Virus record (IMG/VR): IMGVR_UViG_3300033146_000850
Coordinates: 32,001 to 96,000 of that record
DNA length: 64,000 nt
From: a virus
Strand: one strand, 5' to 3'
Part shown: positions 39,301 to 50,052 of the stretch, one piece after another
Layout: each line of letters starts with the position of its first letter
How positions within the stretch are numbered: the first letter of the stretch is position 1
Notes under the pieces: generated by a model
What the model saw: only the letters and a program-made list of their open reading frames with translations
The model's database searches: none
What the model was told of the DNA's origin: nothing
Translations under genes and position numbers: made by a program

Positions 39301-42300
39301 TTGAAACAGGATATTCCCTGAATAGTATTATAGATAATGACAAATCTCAAAGAATAGTATTTGTGGATGAACTTGGTAACTTGAATTATGACCACGTAAT
39401 AGAAAAAGGAGTTAACATTTTAACAACACCAAATCTATTAATAGATGATGATATATTAAATGATTTTAACGATTTATCTTTACCTTTTGTTGAGGATGAA
39501 TTAATAGATTATTCCGTTAACACGTTAGTGAATCTCGATACAGAAATAACAAATATAGATATTGAGGGAAATGTTGATTATGCATCTTTTAATTTTAATT
39601 CCAGTGAAAATATACTAGGTATATTTCAAGCATATGGAAATACAAATAAAGATATAGATATGTTTATTAAATTACAAGGAACTGGTGTACACGATGAAAA
39701 TAAAGTTGTATTTACAAGAATACAAGATAATGTCAATGTTGATTATATTATTAATCATCAAGGACATATTATTAATGATAACGGAGCTGGTTCAGGTGAT
39801 TTAGGTATAAATATTAAACATTTCAACACCAATAATAATGTTGAAAATATAACATTCAATATCGCATCATTTGGAGAAGGGTCATCCATTGGTCGTGATT
39901 ATCAAATTATGGGAGACACAGGGGAAATAATAAACGTAGAAAAAGCATCTGGAATGAAGTTTTTTGTGAATTTAGATATGTCTGTTGATAATTATACTTA
40001 CCATACAGTTAATGAAACGATGTCAGTGGCTGACCACACAGTTGACCCATCCACATTCGATATATATAAGAGTGACACAGAGAATAACGTAATACATAGT
40101 AAATCCGCATTTTTTGACCCATTAACACACGTTGGAAAGGTTTTTTATATAAAAGATGTGAGCCAAGGTGCATTAGATACTAAATATTATTTCTTTTTAA
40201 TTAAAAGTGTTGAATCTACAACTACAATCAAAGTGTATGGGGAAGTTCCTGATAAATTCAAACGAACAATGACAGTTTCAGGTAATTATAGCTATGTTCC
40301 ACACAGTGGATTTGTAATAATAGACTCCTCAAGGATTATTACCTCAAATATTACAGGATATCCAAATAACAAATTATGGTTACCATACGAGGATTCATTT
40401 AAATTTCAGTTATCAGCATATATATTAAGTTATGAAGATGAGAACCTAGATTTTACATTTACTAACTCATCAAATTTAGATGGAACTATTATTATTGAAG
40501 ATGAAATTAAATTAGAAGTTAATGACCCTATAACACTATCACTATATAAGAAAGTAAGTAAAGATGAATTGTGGGATGGAAACACAATAACACCAGGGGT
40601 AAATATTAATAATATAGATTTATGGGGTTCATATCATCCATTTATGAGAATAAGAGAAAATTTAACAAAAAAATATGGTAAACCACTATCTTATAACCAC
40701 GAGCCAATACTATATCCTACTGAACACACAGAGCTTAGAAGTGTTAGTTATTCACCAACAGTTGAAATAGAATATAATTATATATTACCAGATGTTGTTC
40801 ATTTTCATTTAAATACGAATGGAACGATAACACATTTAAAAACAGCACCTCAACAATATAATAATATTCAACCTTTTTATATACAGGATAAATTATACAT
40901 TGGAACAAATATAATACCACCTACATTGGATAATAAATCTTTTTTAACTACAGGAAATCAAATATTTAATTTTAATAAAGATATAGTAGAGTATTTTGAT
41001 AATCGGAAAGTTCAAAGTAATGTTAAGACAAATAACAATTTACTAACATTACAAGATATATATGCATTAGAACGAAGGGACTTATATTTTTCAACAGGTA
41101 AAACTTTCACTTATTGGGAACTTGGATATGGGACTATAACACCTAGATTAAGTAAAATTTTTAACGTTACCAACCCGAATGGACTATATAATCACACACA
41201 TTACGAATATAAATGGAATAAACTGGTTGGAAACAATGCGGAGTTTATGTCTCAATTACATTCAAACGATGTTATTGGAATATTTAAAATTCCAGAAACA
41301 ATAACTAATGTTGAAAACAATCCTGATTCAAAAATTTATAATACACCAACTGAAATATGCAGAATTAAACAAATATTAAACAATAACGAGTTAATAATAG
41401 ATGGTGAGTTAACCACTAGAGCAAATGTTTTACCGTCCTTTGATATTATATTATTACCATCATCTTTTAATTATAATAAACCATTACTAAGTTTCGATTA
41501 TATAGTAACATCAGGTCAATGCATACCATCACAATGGTATATTAAACGTGAACAAGAAATCAATTATATTCAATATTTAATGAATAAAAATGAATATTCT
41601 ATATATAACATATTAAATAATGATATGTCATTTGGTGATGGATATAGGATTTTAAAACAACGTGAAAAAAAAATATCATTTCAAGAATTTCTAAGTCAGA
41701 ATCAACCATTTAGAGTTCCTGGAATTGATGTTTTTAATAATGAAATTTTACCAATATTTCAAAAATTAGGTGGTAAAATAGATTTAGATATAACATCTAG
41801 CACAAAGTTTAAACAATATGGAAGAGAATTACCTACTAACCACGAACAGAATTATAATATAACATTAAATCCAATAGATAGTTTTAAAATATTAGACACT
41901 AATATATATGAAACAGGGACAATTAAATTTAATAATGAAAATATAGTAAATGATATAAAATTCACTTTAAACGATTCATTAACATTAAACAGTGGGTTCT
42001 ATGTTGGGGATACTATATACTCTTATAAAGGTGGTGCATTACTAAATTTTAAAAATGATGATAATAACAACCAAAATATTAACTGGGATTTTATAAATAC
42101 CGAACAATTTTTTAACATTAGTAGTGTTATGAGTAAATCAAATGACATCGATTATAATTATATATTAACTAATAAGGTATCTATTAATCCAAAAAATAAT
42201 TATAAATATTTATTCAGACCAACAACATTTATAAATACAAGTGTTATAGATAATGTTAAATTAGAATATGATAAACACGATACATTAAATGGAGTATCTG

Positions 42301-44462
42301 CATTAACAATATCTGATACTGTTGATTTAATCTGTCCAGATACTAGTATAATAGACTACACTTCATCCACACCATTTATAAATAATGAAACACTAGGTAG
42401 ATTTGGAACTGGTTTAAATCGAGCTTTTAATGGAGTATATGATATTGGAATAATTAACACCAACATATTAATAGATAACAATAATGATGTCACAGGTATA
42501 AACGATGGGACAGGTTCCCCATTAACAACAGGGTTGGCGAAATTCGTTAAAACATCTACAAATTTAAAAGCTATGGATTCTTTTAATGAAATAAACAAAG
42601 ATTATTCATATATATTTGACCAAATAAATGATGCAATATATTTTGAAAAATATGAAACAGATGTTGCAAACATTTTATCCGAATCTAATTTAAACGTATA
42701 TAATATATTTGATAAAAATATAAGACACGAAAATTGGGAGTTTATAACACCAAACATATATCAAACGTATGAGTTTAACAATTCACATATGTTGAATAAT
42801 ATTGAATTTTTCATCGACACTCCTGGTGAACTTGGTAAGAAATATAAAGGTAAAATTGCTATATTTTTTGGATTTCTAATAAACGGACAAATAACTAGAA
42901 GTAGCATCATCCACACTAAAGTTGTACATTTTGATTCTAATAATTCTCACGATACAACAATCTTAGATGATAAGATTAGTATAATATTAGATACACCGAT
43001 ATATATACCTAAAAATAAACCATTTTTCATTGGATTTATCAAAGAAAACACTGAAATTATAAATGGTGAGGAGTGTACATTTAAATACATTGAAAACGGG
43101 GAATATGATTTAAACAACGATATTTTAGTGCCTTTCTCTGCTAATTTTAATCACGAATTAATAACAAATGGGGTTAGTTATAAAAATAGATTGTTAAAAA
43201 TAGATTTAACAATGAATAAATATGAAAAAAATATAGAGAGTGTTATAATATCTGAAAATAAAGATGTTGCCGATAAATTTATAAAATTGGTAACATTTTC
43301 TAATAATTTAATCCCAAATGAAACATCTATCAAATATTCATATTCAATTAATGGTATTGGAAATGATGTAAAATGGTATCAATTTAATATAAATGAAGAA
43401 ATACCATTTTTAACATCTAAAGATAAATTTGCATTTAAGGTTTCTATAAAAACTGATAATGAATATATATCACCAATATTCAAAAAATCACTAATGGTTA
43501 CTTTTAAATATTTAGAATTAAATACTATGGGTAACCCACCTATAATGAATAACACACCTATTACCCCAGTATTTGGAAACCATTACAATCATTATACCTA
43601 TAATAATAGTGGTAATAAGCTTGAACAGATACAATATAACACTTTAACATCAAATCAAGACCCATTTTCGTGGTTAAATATTAATGGCAATGATACCATT
43701 CGTTATTATGGTGTAGGTATGAATATTAAAAACATCGAAACTAGGGTTAATGATTATAATGTTTCTACAGGTGGAACCATTAATAAATTAACACCATATA
43801 TGTACGTTGATTACAATAGCACAAAGACGGACACTGGACAAATATTTATGTCGAAAAGTTATACTACCAAGTATAAACTAGATAGGATATTCTACCCCAA
43901 TATTGTTCAAAATCAACAAAGCGAAACAGTAAAAATATATAGAACAGTTATAGATTTTATAAACCCATATGCATCCATACGCAACATATTAAACCCAGGT
44001 GATAAATTCTTCGGTGTTCCAGTTATAGTTATTAATCCATCAACTGGAAAACAAATCGATATGTATAATGATAATGGATACTTTGAAGATTTAATGAAAG
44101 GACTTTCAACATATGGTGCGGGAACATCGACACTTGGTGGAAAATGGATAGTTGATATTGATGGTAAACATAACTCAATAACCATAACTAATAATGGTGG
44201 TAGTAGTCATTCAAGAGGAATTGGTAATATATATGGTAGAAAGTTAATAATAAAAAAATTAAACAACGGAACATATAGACAAATTTATGAATTTGTAGGT
44301 GGAAACAATGAACATTTAGAAGAGGTTAATCTTGGAATGATGGTTCCAGCTTATTTTAATGATATTACTGGAGATTATACTTATAGTGTCATTAAAAATA
44401 TAATGTTTACTTGTGATACATTAACAACAACTAATCCAGATGAGTTTCATTTAACAAGTTAG
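36327..44462 (+). CDS. Very large virion structural protein (DUF4815-like N-terminus)
   Basis: YFDDF...YRQILFHPGRVLQSRELTQLQ and GADRLK motifs; embedded CBM-like WEPNTSY...YKVTTPGDSG.EP.W; TATAAATA at 36283. Confidence 0.75.
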   Translation: MDILNRKGLQYSNYFDDFFKEGGFADKYRQILFHPGRVLQSRELTQLQTLLNEYSKAHLDNVFKNGSVVQGCYLTTFHDDDNNTDYIKLEDGLVYFDGSMYKISDLKLELNNDFKHILESQTPINKINATIGIMVNYEIISNTGDLSGVDSDEQLSLLDPAIQYFDAESTIGADRLKVYFNLVLKIKANSTDYTYFYNNDGSVINTSEFDYENIHYFDVARTLISYGDVVWEPNTSYHENQIIIPTISNGYKYKVTTPGDSGVIEPIWSLIIGNTNIDNTITWTNDGVESTKYSTENVSYLNRNYKFKDVDDGVTNIEDSILEGLDIQSNNDLDLNINSIINKQNDIYNNLTYFNVSKGIGKINGEHVPTVKNTLFKFDKPSKLPDGSNSGVNTEAINSYKDDNSNEGVYFKYFVENNHYSRIGAGPYSFDHSENFQFMSVGRRVAIQEYDNSNGLYYTIAKANICNIDNKYNTITDFNQPESWDKFKYKGFWKENEKSLYIEGITEIDENVAKLYRDSSNSYTLKLTEPVAYDILNNNCNGGLQAIGQIFNYEDVEFEYKYVMSASVEPGIPNFTSTMYVVKHSSFNLNTAELFNNSKGGIIIINNELYTIVGATHITGTTTIRLQLARIDYTYMLNVDGSYSYNPSMRATDDITTKQSTPGNYTHDIKFIKYHLVKNILDDTTFTIEYNDNNTSDWSQLPTNQNLAEKFITITSPWDDMNGFQTIIRNSTNNKIDQRDKVITYEPIVPYLFNKYHIFAGDSLRLLNDITQTIPKNNYNQIGDEINLNPGYTTTLMKPGDRIYNGITNKNNVCIIKEIIDDNRLRIISSESGCEIATITYYTSYPGTPTIYEYIITLTDSYIIDEEILKRGDYIKIPGDNLSITDISSGTITALGYNNNNTYCGPFTFGDMLSQIVEDLHYTIGADFYNYKIENNDIFWDFKIEDIKNIGNPNNANQTNDNSFADSNNLGTFNISYHSSNFKNTYLNDIIFETGYSLNSIIDNDKSQRIVFVDELGNLNYDHVIEKGVNILTTPNLLIDDDILNDFNDLSLPFVEDELIDYSVNTLVNLDTEITNIDIEGNVDYASFNFNSSENILGIFQAYGNTNKDIDMFIKLQGTGVHDENKVVFTRIQDNVNVDYIINHQGHIINDNGAGSGDLGINIKHFNTNNNVENITFNIASFGEGSSIGRDYQIMGDTGEIINVEKASGMKFFVNLDMSVDNYTYHTVNETMSVADHTVDPSTFDIYKSDTENNVIHSKSAFFDPLTHVGKVFYIKDVSQGALDTKYYFFLIKSVESTTTIKVYGEVPDKFKRTMTVSGNYSYVPHSGFVIIDSSRIITSNITGYPNNKLWLPYEDSFKFQLSAYILSYEDENLDFTFTNSSNLDGTIIIEDEIKLEVNDPITLSLYKKVSKDELWDGNTITPGVNINNIDLWGSYHPFMRIRENLTKKYGKPLSYNHEPILYPTEHTELRSVSYSPTVEIEYNYILPDVVHFHLNTNGTITHLKTAPQQYNNIQPFYIQDKLYIGTNIIPPTLDNKSFLTTGNQIFNFNKDIVEYFDNRKVQSNVKTNNNLLTLQDIYALERRDLYFSTGKTFTYWELGYGTITPRLSKIFNVTNPNGLYNHTHYEYKWNKLVGNNAEFMSQLHSNDVIGIFKIPETITNVENNPDSKIYNTPTEICRIKQILNNNELIIDGELTTRANVLPSFDIILLPSSFNYNKPLLSFDYIVTSGQCIPSQWYIKREQEINYIQYLMNKNEYSIYNILNNDMSFGDGYRILKQREKKISFQEFLSQNQPFRVPGIDVFNNEILPIFQKLGGKIDLDITSSTKFKQYGRELPTNHEQNYNITLNPIDSFKILDTNIYETGTIKFNNENIVNDIKFTLNDSLTLNSGFYVGDTIYSYKGGALLNFKNDDNNNQNINWDFINTEQFFNISSVMSKSNDIDYNYILTNKVSINPKNNYKYLFRPTTFINTSVIDNVKLEYDKHDTLNGVSALTISDTVDLICPDTSIIDYTSSTPFINNETLGRFGTGLNRAFNGVYDIGIINTNILIDNNNDVTGINDGTGSPLTTGLAKFVKTSTNLKAMDSFNEINKDYSYIFDQINDAIYFEKYETDVANILSESNLNVYNIFDKNIRHENWEFITPNIYQTYEFNNSHMLNNIEFFIDTPGELGKKYKGKIAIFFGFLINGQITRSSIIHTKVVHFDSNNSHDTTILDDKISIILDTPIYIPKNKPFFIGFIKENTEIINGEECTFKYIENGEYDLNNDILVPFSANFNHELITNGVSYKNRLLKIDLTMNKYEKNIESVIISENKDVADKFIKLVTFSNNLIPNETSIKYSYSINGIGNDVKWYQFNINEEIPFLTSKDKFAFKVSIKTDNEYISPIFKKSLMVTFKYLELNTMGNPPIMNNTPITPVFGNHYNHYTYNNSGNKLEQIQYNTLTSNQDPFSWLNINGNDTIRYYGVGMNIKNIETRVNDYNVSTGGTINKLTPYMYVDYNSTKTDTGQIFMSKSYTTKYKLDRIFYPNIVQNQQSETVKIYRTVIDFINPYASIRNILNPGDKFFGVPVIVINPSTGKQIDMYNDNGYFEDLMKGLSTYGAGTSTLGGKWIVDIDGKHNSITITNNGGSSHSRGIGNIYGRKLIIKKLNNGTYRQIYEFVGGNNEHLEEVNLGMMVPAYFNDITGDYTYSVIKNIMFTCDTLTTTNPDEFHLTS

Positions 44463-44513
44463 AATATATATATATTATAAACAAACATATAAACAAATAG
44501 AGAGGAACAACAA

Positions 44514-44828
44514 ATGAATTTATCTTATAATATTAAATATTTAAAAGGTGATGATATTATTAAATTAGAAAAATATTTACACGATGTAACATATCACGAT
44601 TTAAAACAAGAAATGTTTTTCAAATTTACTAATAATAGAGATAGTATTGTAATTAATGACAAAGATGGTAGAAGTGTTACTATGCAATTACAAGATTTCA
44701 TAGACCAAACCTGGACTAAATTAAATATATTTTTCAAATTTAAAGATTTTACATCAGATGATGTATGTAAAGTCAATAAAAAAGAATTAGAAGAATTTAA
44801 TAAATTAGCAACAACAATCCCCAAATAG
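44514..44828 (+). CDS. Hypothetical protein
   Basis: 104-aa ORF with GAGG RBS. Confidence 0.55.
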   Translation: MNLSYNIKYLKGDDIIKLEKYLHDVTYHDLKQEMFFKFTNNRDSIVINDKDGRSVTMQLQDFIDQTWTKLNIFFKFKDFTSDDVCKVNKKELEEFNKLATTIPK

Positions 44829-44875
44829 GTTTTAAATGATAAATATAGTTATTAATCATAAAAAGGTATATACCA

Positions 44876-45493
44876 ATGAGAAAAATAACTATTTTAAAAA
44901 ACAATAATAAAAAATATTCATTTCAAATTATAGATAATAAAGTAATTCAATACACCAGTGAATATATATATGATGATGTTTTTAGTTTAGAAAATAAATT
45001 ATCAGATTATTTACAAGAAGATTTACTATTAGTAAATAAAAATGGATTATATGGTATATTTGATTGTTGGAACAAAGAATTATTATTACCTATTCTATAC
45101 AAAAACATAGAAGTGATACAACATCATGACACATTTTTATTTTTATGTACCCAGATAAACGATATGATTGTTATGCATAACAATATAGGTCAAAAAATGT
45201 TTAACGATGAATATTCTAATCTAATGTATATTGGGTTTTTTAATACTAATAATAAATACATATATCTTTATGATAAAAATGGGTCAGTTGGGGCATTATC
45301 TATAGATGGGAATATAATAATTAAGGATAGTACTCAATATTCTTTTAAATACTATAGACGTTCTGATAATATAATTTTAGAAACTATATTGAAAGTTGAA
45401 AATGAGGAAGATATCATATTATATGATATTTACACAGCAAATGGGTTGTTATTATTTTCAAATATAGATAATTATGAATTTTTAAAGTTATGA
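44876..45493 (+). CDS. WG-repeat-like protein
   Basis: KNGLYGIFD...LLPILY and KNGSVGALSIDGNIII repeats. Confidence 0.55.
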   Translation: MRKITILKNNNKKYSFQIIDNKVIQYTSEYIYDDVFSLENKLSDYLQEDLLLVNKNGLYGIFDCWNKELLLPILYKNIEVIQHHDTFLFLCTQINDMIVMHNNIGQKMFNDEYSNLMYIGFFNTNNKYIYLYDKNGSVGALSIDGNIIIKDSTQYSFKYYRRSDNIILETILKVENEEDIILYDIYTANGLLLFSNIDNYEFLKL

Positions 45494-45503
45494 GGGATTG
45501 TAA

Positions 45504-46565
45504 ATGGTAAAAACAACAATCAACAAATTAGCAAACGATATTGAAGATACCAAAATGGAATCGACAGAAATATTTGAAAATAGTAATATAAATGATAATT
45601 TTGTTAGATGGTATCCACATCGAGAAGTTGGGAATAGACCCAATATAACAAGTGATAAAGCAGTTAAAGGCAAAAAGGCATCTAGTGATTTGGAAAAATA
45701 TGGGTCATACCATTTTGAAATAGTATTTTTTCCAGAGGGTACGAATACTCTTTTACCAAAAATAAACATTACAAAAATAAATAAAGAAAATGCAGACAAT
45801 CCATATACAAAGATAGTAGGTGGTGCAGGTTCAAAATTTATAGATGTTATTTATAATTCGATATCTGAATCTATTAATCAATTAAAAAATTCAATGATGT
45901 CAACACAATACAAACAAGAAAGTTCTAAAGGTATTGTTATTGGAGCCCCTGTTGTAATGTTTGAAAACCAAACAGGATATAAATGTGATATATATCTACC
46001 ATTAAATAAATATAGCACTAAAAGAAAGAGTGGAATAGCAGAAGATAAAAATATAACAAGTGATATAGGAACAGGTGTCTTACAATTTGGAAGTAAAATG
46101 ATAGGTGATTTTATTGGCAACGCTGGTAACACGGTTAAGGGAACTACAGGTGGAACATTTAGAGATTTTATAGCACCAAGGATAACCGCACCAACATTAG
46201 AAACATTAGAATTACAATGGGATTTAATACCTAGAAGTCAGATAGAAATGGAACATATTTTAGATATTTTGAGATTTTTCCAATCCGCATCCGTTCCTTA
46301 TTTTAATAAAACTGATTATTTTTACAATATGCCTCCAGTAATATTAATGGAAGCAATAACTTATGATTTTGACAATGATGAAAATATCAATTTAAGACCT
46401 AAAAGACAATATTATATCACGGATATAAATATAGATGTATCACAGGATAATGGTAGTGTAGTTTTAAACCCTGATGGGTTTCCAATGTTTATATCTTTAA
46501 CCGTCAATCTAATAAAAACAGATTTAACAACATATAAGGAATTATTTAAATATCCATTAATGTAG
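45504..46565 (+). CDS. Baseplate tail-tube cap (T4 gp48-like)
   Basis: LQWDLIPRSQIEMEHILDILRFFQ...PP...ITDINID...DGFP.F.SLTV pattern; next to gp53. Confidence 0.65.
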   Translation: MVKTTINKLANDIEDTKMESTEIFENSNINDNFVRWYPHREVGNRPNITSDKAVKGKKASSDLEKYGSYHFEIVFFPEGTNTLLPKINITKINKENADNPYTKIVGGAGSKFIDVIYNSISESINQLKNSMMSTQYKQESSKGIVIGAPVVMFENQTGYKCDIYLPLNKYSTKRKSGIAEDKNITSDIGTGVLQFGSKMIGDFIGNAGNTVKGTTGGTFRDFIAPRITAPTLETLELQWDLIPRSQIEMEHILDILRFFQSASVPYFNKTDYFYNMPPVILMEAITYDFDNDENINLRPKRQYYITDINIDVSQDNGSVVLNPDGFPMFISLTVNLIKTDLTTYKELFKYPLM

Positions 46566-46664
46566 TATTTCTTTAATGAATTCAATAACTTAGATATTAT
46601 CGATATTTTTATTAAATTTTAAAGTCATTAATATAAATATATTAATAATTAAAAGGAAAAACCA

Positions 46665-46792
46665 GTTATAGAAATAAAAAACTTATTCTTGAAGGTAATT
46701 TGAAAGTAAAAGAAATTGCAAAATTATTCAAAGTAGGTGAAAGAACCATATCTCAAATTAAGAACTGGCATCGTTGGTCTCATGTTAAATAA
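46665..46792 (+). pseudogene. Remnant C-terminal HTH of an HNH-type homing endonuclease
   Basis: VIEIK / (frameshift in A run) / LILEGNLKVKEIAKLFKVGERTISQIKNWHRWSHVK*; no start codon. Confidence 0.6.
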
Positions 46793-46828
46793 TAAATATA
46801 ATTATAATAAATTTATATAGGTGAAAAA

Positions 46829-47386
46829 ATGTTTGAAAATTTTCCAATTAACACATATCAATTTGAGGGTGAACAAGTCAGAAATATTATAGATTTTTAC
46901 CATAGATTTGACTTTTTTTATGAATATTATAAAAAAAACACATCCTATTTCAAAGAATATGTAATAAAAGACCACGAAACACCAGAGAGCTTATCCTCTA
47001 AATTTTTCAACAATAAAAAATATTGGTTTATTCTATTATTAATCAATAATAGAAGTGACCCATTTTTCGATTGGGTATTAACTAATGATGAAATAACACT
47101 ATATGCTGAAAAATTTGTAAAAGAAAACCCAATAGAAGTTAATTCTTATATTTTAAAGCACCCACACTTATTAGATAGTTTATCAAATATTAGTGGAACA
47201 AATGTTGTAGAATATAACCCAATTGACCCAAAGGATGAAAATAATATAATAGTAAAATATATGATTGATTATTATTATGGTGAATTAATTAAAGAAAATG
47301 ATTCCAGAAGACATATTTTCATACCTGATAAGAATATGATGAAAGAGTTATATAATACGTATATGAAGATGTCAAATGATTTATAA
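46829..47386 (+). CDS. gp53: Baseplate wedge protein (T4 gp53-like)
   Basis: FENFP..Y, YVIKDHETPESLS, YWFILLIN..DPFFDW and ENDSRRHIFIP. Confidence 0.85.
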   Translation: MFENFPINTYQFEGEQVRNIIDFYHRFDFFYEYYKKNTSYFKEYVIKDHETPESLSSKFFNNKKYWFILLLINNRSDPFFDWVLTNDEITLYAEKFVKENPIEVNSYILKHPHLLDSLSNISGTNVVEYNPIDPKDENNIIVKYMIDYYYGELIKENDSRRHIFIPDKNMMKELYNTYMKMSNDL

Positions 47387-47397
47387 TGGAGTAATTT

Positions 47398-48714
47398 TTG
47401 AATAATAATACAGTTAATATCAATAATAAAACAATAGAACAAGGAATTTCAACAAAAGTAATAATAGATAATTATAACTTAGATGTAACATCTGAAATAT
47501 TAAAATTAAATTTAAATTTTTCAATAGTAGGAATGTCATCAGGAAGCATTATACTGAATGATATAAATAGCAACATATTTAATAGCATACCTTTAGTTGG
47601 AGGTGAATTTGTAACAGTAATATTTCATTCAATATATTCCTCCAAACCAATATTAATAAAAATTTTCAACATTAGTAAAATTGAAATAATAGATAAGAAT
47701 TTAAAAATAGGAAATAGTAAATCTAAATTTAGAATATATTTAACATCAACAGCAATATTATCTAATAATATGACTAAAATGTCTAAAGGATATTCAACAC
47801 CAAGAAAATCATCAGATATTGTTCAAGATATATGTAAAAATAATTTAAATATAGACGAATCAATTTCTTTAATTCTTAAAAGCAACACAATACTAGAAAA
47901 TTTTATAATACCCTGGATGTATCCATTAGATGCAATACAATATTTGAAGATGATATCTAGTAATGAAAAAGAAAAGGATTTTTATTTGTTTTATGAGGGG
48001 TTATATAATTATAATTTTGTACCATTGTCAGAATTAGTAAAACAAACCCCCAAAATTAGATTAGATAGACAAATATCTAATGATATTACTAAAGGTATTA
48101 GTATATTACGAATAAATGATGATAGGTTTGTATCAGGAATTGATTTATTATCATCTTTGAAAATGCAAGGATTAGGTGGAACATACGTATATTTCGATTC
48201 TAAGGCTAAAAAAGCAGTAGAGGTGGAATATACCATTAATAAATCTTTTTTGGACGATATAGACACACTAGGGAGCTTTTCACGGTATAATGAAATCATA
48301 GCAAACAACACATCTAAGTCAAATTACAACATTTCAACGTCAGATAGTGAATATCACGATAAATTTGCATATTATAATATAAGAAAAGAATCTTTTAATA
48401 AATATAATTTAAAAGTAAAAATAGCTGGAACTTTAGATATAAATGTAGGTCAAACAATATACGTTGAACATAATCAAAATGGTTCAGAGGTTAATACTTG
48501 GTTTACAGGGACGTGGATAGTGTCAGGTGTATCCCTTATTTTCTCGTTTAAAGATGATGATTCCGATAAATTAGGAAGACCAACCTTTAAAACTGAATTA
48601 ATTCTAACCAAAGATACATATGGTAGTATGAAAAGGGATACAGCAACAATGTCTAATTTAATTAAAACAACAACTAATATAAATAATGATATAGTCAATA
48701 AAAGAGGTGAATAA
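47398..48714 (+). CDS. Baseplate hub protein (gp27-like)
   Basis: PLVGGEFV, FIIPWMYPLDAI, YLFYE and IAGTLDINVGQ..GTWIVSGV; precedes gp5. Confidence 0.65.
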   Translation: MNNNTVNINNKTIEQGISTKVIIDNYNLDVTSEILKLNLNFSIVGMSSGSIILNDINSNIFNSIPLVGGEFVTVIFHSIYSSKPILIKIFNISKIEIIDKNLKIGNSKSKFRIYLTSTAILSNNMTKMSKGYSTPRKSSDIVQDICKNNLNIDESISLILKSNTILENFIIPWMYPLDAIQYLKMISSNEKEKDFYLFYEGLYNYNFVPLSELVKQTPKIRLDRQISNDITKGISILRINDDRFVSGIDLLSSLKMQGLGGTYVYFDSKAKKAVEVEYTINKSFLDDIDTLGSFSRYNEIIANNTSKSNYNISTSDSEYHDKFAYYNIRKESFNKYNLKVKIAGTLDINVGQTIYVEHNQNGSEVNTWFTGTWIVSGVSLIFSFKDDDSDKLGRPTFKTELILTKDTYGSMKRDTATMSNLIKTTTNINNDIVNKRGE

Positions 48715-49490
48715 TGTTTTATAGAGCAGTTGTTGAAAATAATAAAGACCCCAAAAACCTGCAAAGAGTTCAAGTAAGAGTGTTAGGTGTACATTCACAA
48801 GATAAAAAAGACATACCTTTGAGTGTTTTACCTTGGGCAGAGCCTTGTTTACCAATAACTAGTGGTAAAATTGATAAAGGGTACGGCACATTTGAAGTTC
48901 CTGATATTGGTGATTGGGTATGGGTATTTTTTGAAGAATGTGATATCATCAAACAATATCCCAAATTTTTTGGTATAATTAGAGGTCAAAATGATACACA
49001 CCCCCAATATAAACAAGGGGATAATGTTGTAAAAAAAGACAGATGGGATAATACTTCTATTATTGATGAAACACACGAAGAATATACTGACCATTTTGGA
49101 AACCACATAGTAGCAAATGAAGATTTTATCACTATAACAAATGGAAACTCCACTGCTAACGTTAAAATAGATAAAGATGGGAATGTAACCATCAATAATG
49201 AGGGTGAATTAGTAATAAATTCAAATAAAACAATATCTATTGGTGGAAAGGATACCGATAATAATAGAAATGCTAAATCACCTGCAAAAGGAAGAACTCC
49301 TATTGTTAATTGGTCTGGGTTAGAATCTTACATTGTAGCATTAGAGGCTTGGTTAGATTCACACGTACATACAGGCAATCTATCATATCCAACCACACCA
49401 CCAGTAATACAATATACCAATATAGGACAACCACTCCACGAAAATATAAACTCACCAAAAATACAAATATCAACAACAGGGGATATATGA
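48714..49490 (+). CDS. gp5: Baseplate central spike gp5-like (OB fold, no lysozyme domain)
   Basis: AVVENNKDPKNLQRVQVRVLGVH...LPWA...P.IGDWVWVFF; short beta-helix and a C-terminal HVH metal-binding motif. Confidence 0.85.
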   Translation: MFYRAVVENNKDPKNLQRVQVRVLGVHSQDKKDIPLSVLPWAEPCLPITSGKIDKGYGTFEVPDIGDWVWVFFEECDIIKQYPKFFGIIRGQNDTHPQYKQGDNVVKKDRWDNTSIIDETHEEYTDHFGNHIVANEDFITITNGNSTANVKIDKDGNVTINNEGELVINSNKTISIGGKDTDNNRNAKSPAKGRTPIVNWSGLESYIVALEAWLDSHVHTGNLSYPTTPPVIQYTNIGQPLHENINSPKIQISTTGDI

Positions 49491-50014
49491 TGAAATTAAG
49501 CTCATATTTGATAAAAAGGTATGGTCACGGTGATGCAAACAACATCAGTTCAAATGGAACTAAAATATTAGATAATTTAGGGGAATCTATTCAAAAATAC
49601 ACATCACAAATCATAACCCCATTAACCATAGATATTAAAAATGGCATACCTCACGTTTCATCAGAATATGACAATTGTTGGGATGAAATAACATCTAATT
49701 TTGAAGATATTGAAAATAAAGCAAAATTGTTAGATGAAACTGAATTAATACATTATTATGCTAAAACTTGGGCAGATAATATTGGGGAATTACTAATAAT
49801 AAAAGCAACATTGGGAACTTCTTTGAATATGTTAACATTAAATTTATATGATGGGATATTTAATTCTTGGGGAATAATAAGAGATAATTTATTAAAAAAT
49901 ATAAATAATAAACCTATAAATTTTTCATTTAGTCCAGCACCTGATATATTTCGAGCTACATTGTGTAAATATAGTGATGAATGGATGAATATATATGGGT
50001 TTTCATCTTTTTAA
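49487..50014 (+). CDS. Hypothetical protein
   Basis: The track ORF starts at 49310, but the ATGATG overlapping the gp5 stop after a GGGG RBS is the likelier start. Confidence 0.5.
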   Translation: MMKLSSYLIKRYGHGDANNISSNGTKILDNLGESIQKYTSQIITPLTIDIKNGIPHVSSEYDNCWDEITSNFEDIENKAKLLDETELIHYYAKTWADNIGELLIIKATLGTSLNMLTLNLYDGIFNSWGIIRDNLLKNINNKPINFSFSPAPDIFRATLCKYSDEWMNIYGFSSF

Positions 50015-50052
50015 TTATATATTATCATTATTAATAATATTAAGAGGTAATA

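Noticed and set aside
49310-49486. 5' extension of the 49310-50014 ORF
   Set aside because: It overlaps the gp5 C-terminus in another frame; the ATG at 49487 with an RBS is more plausible.
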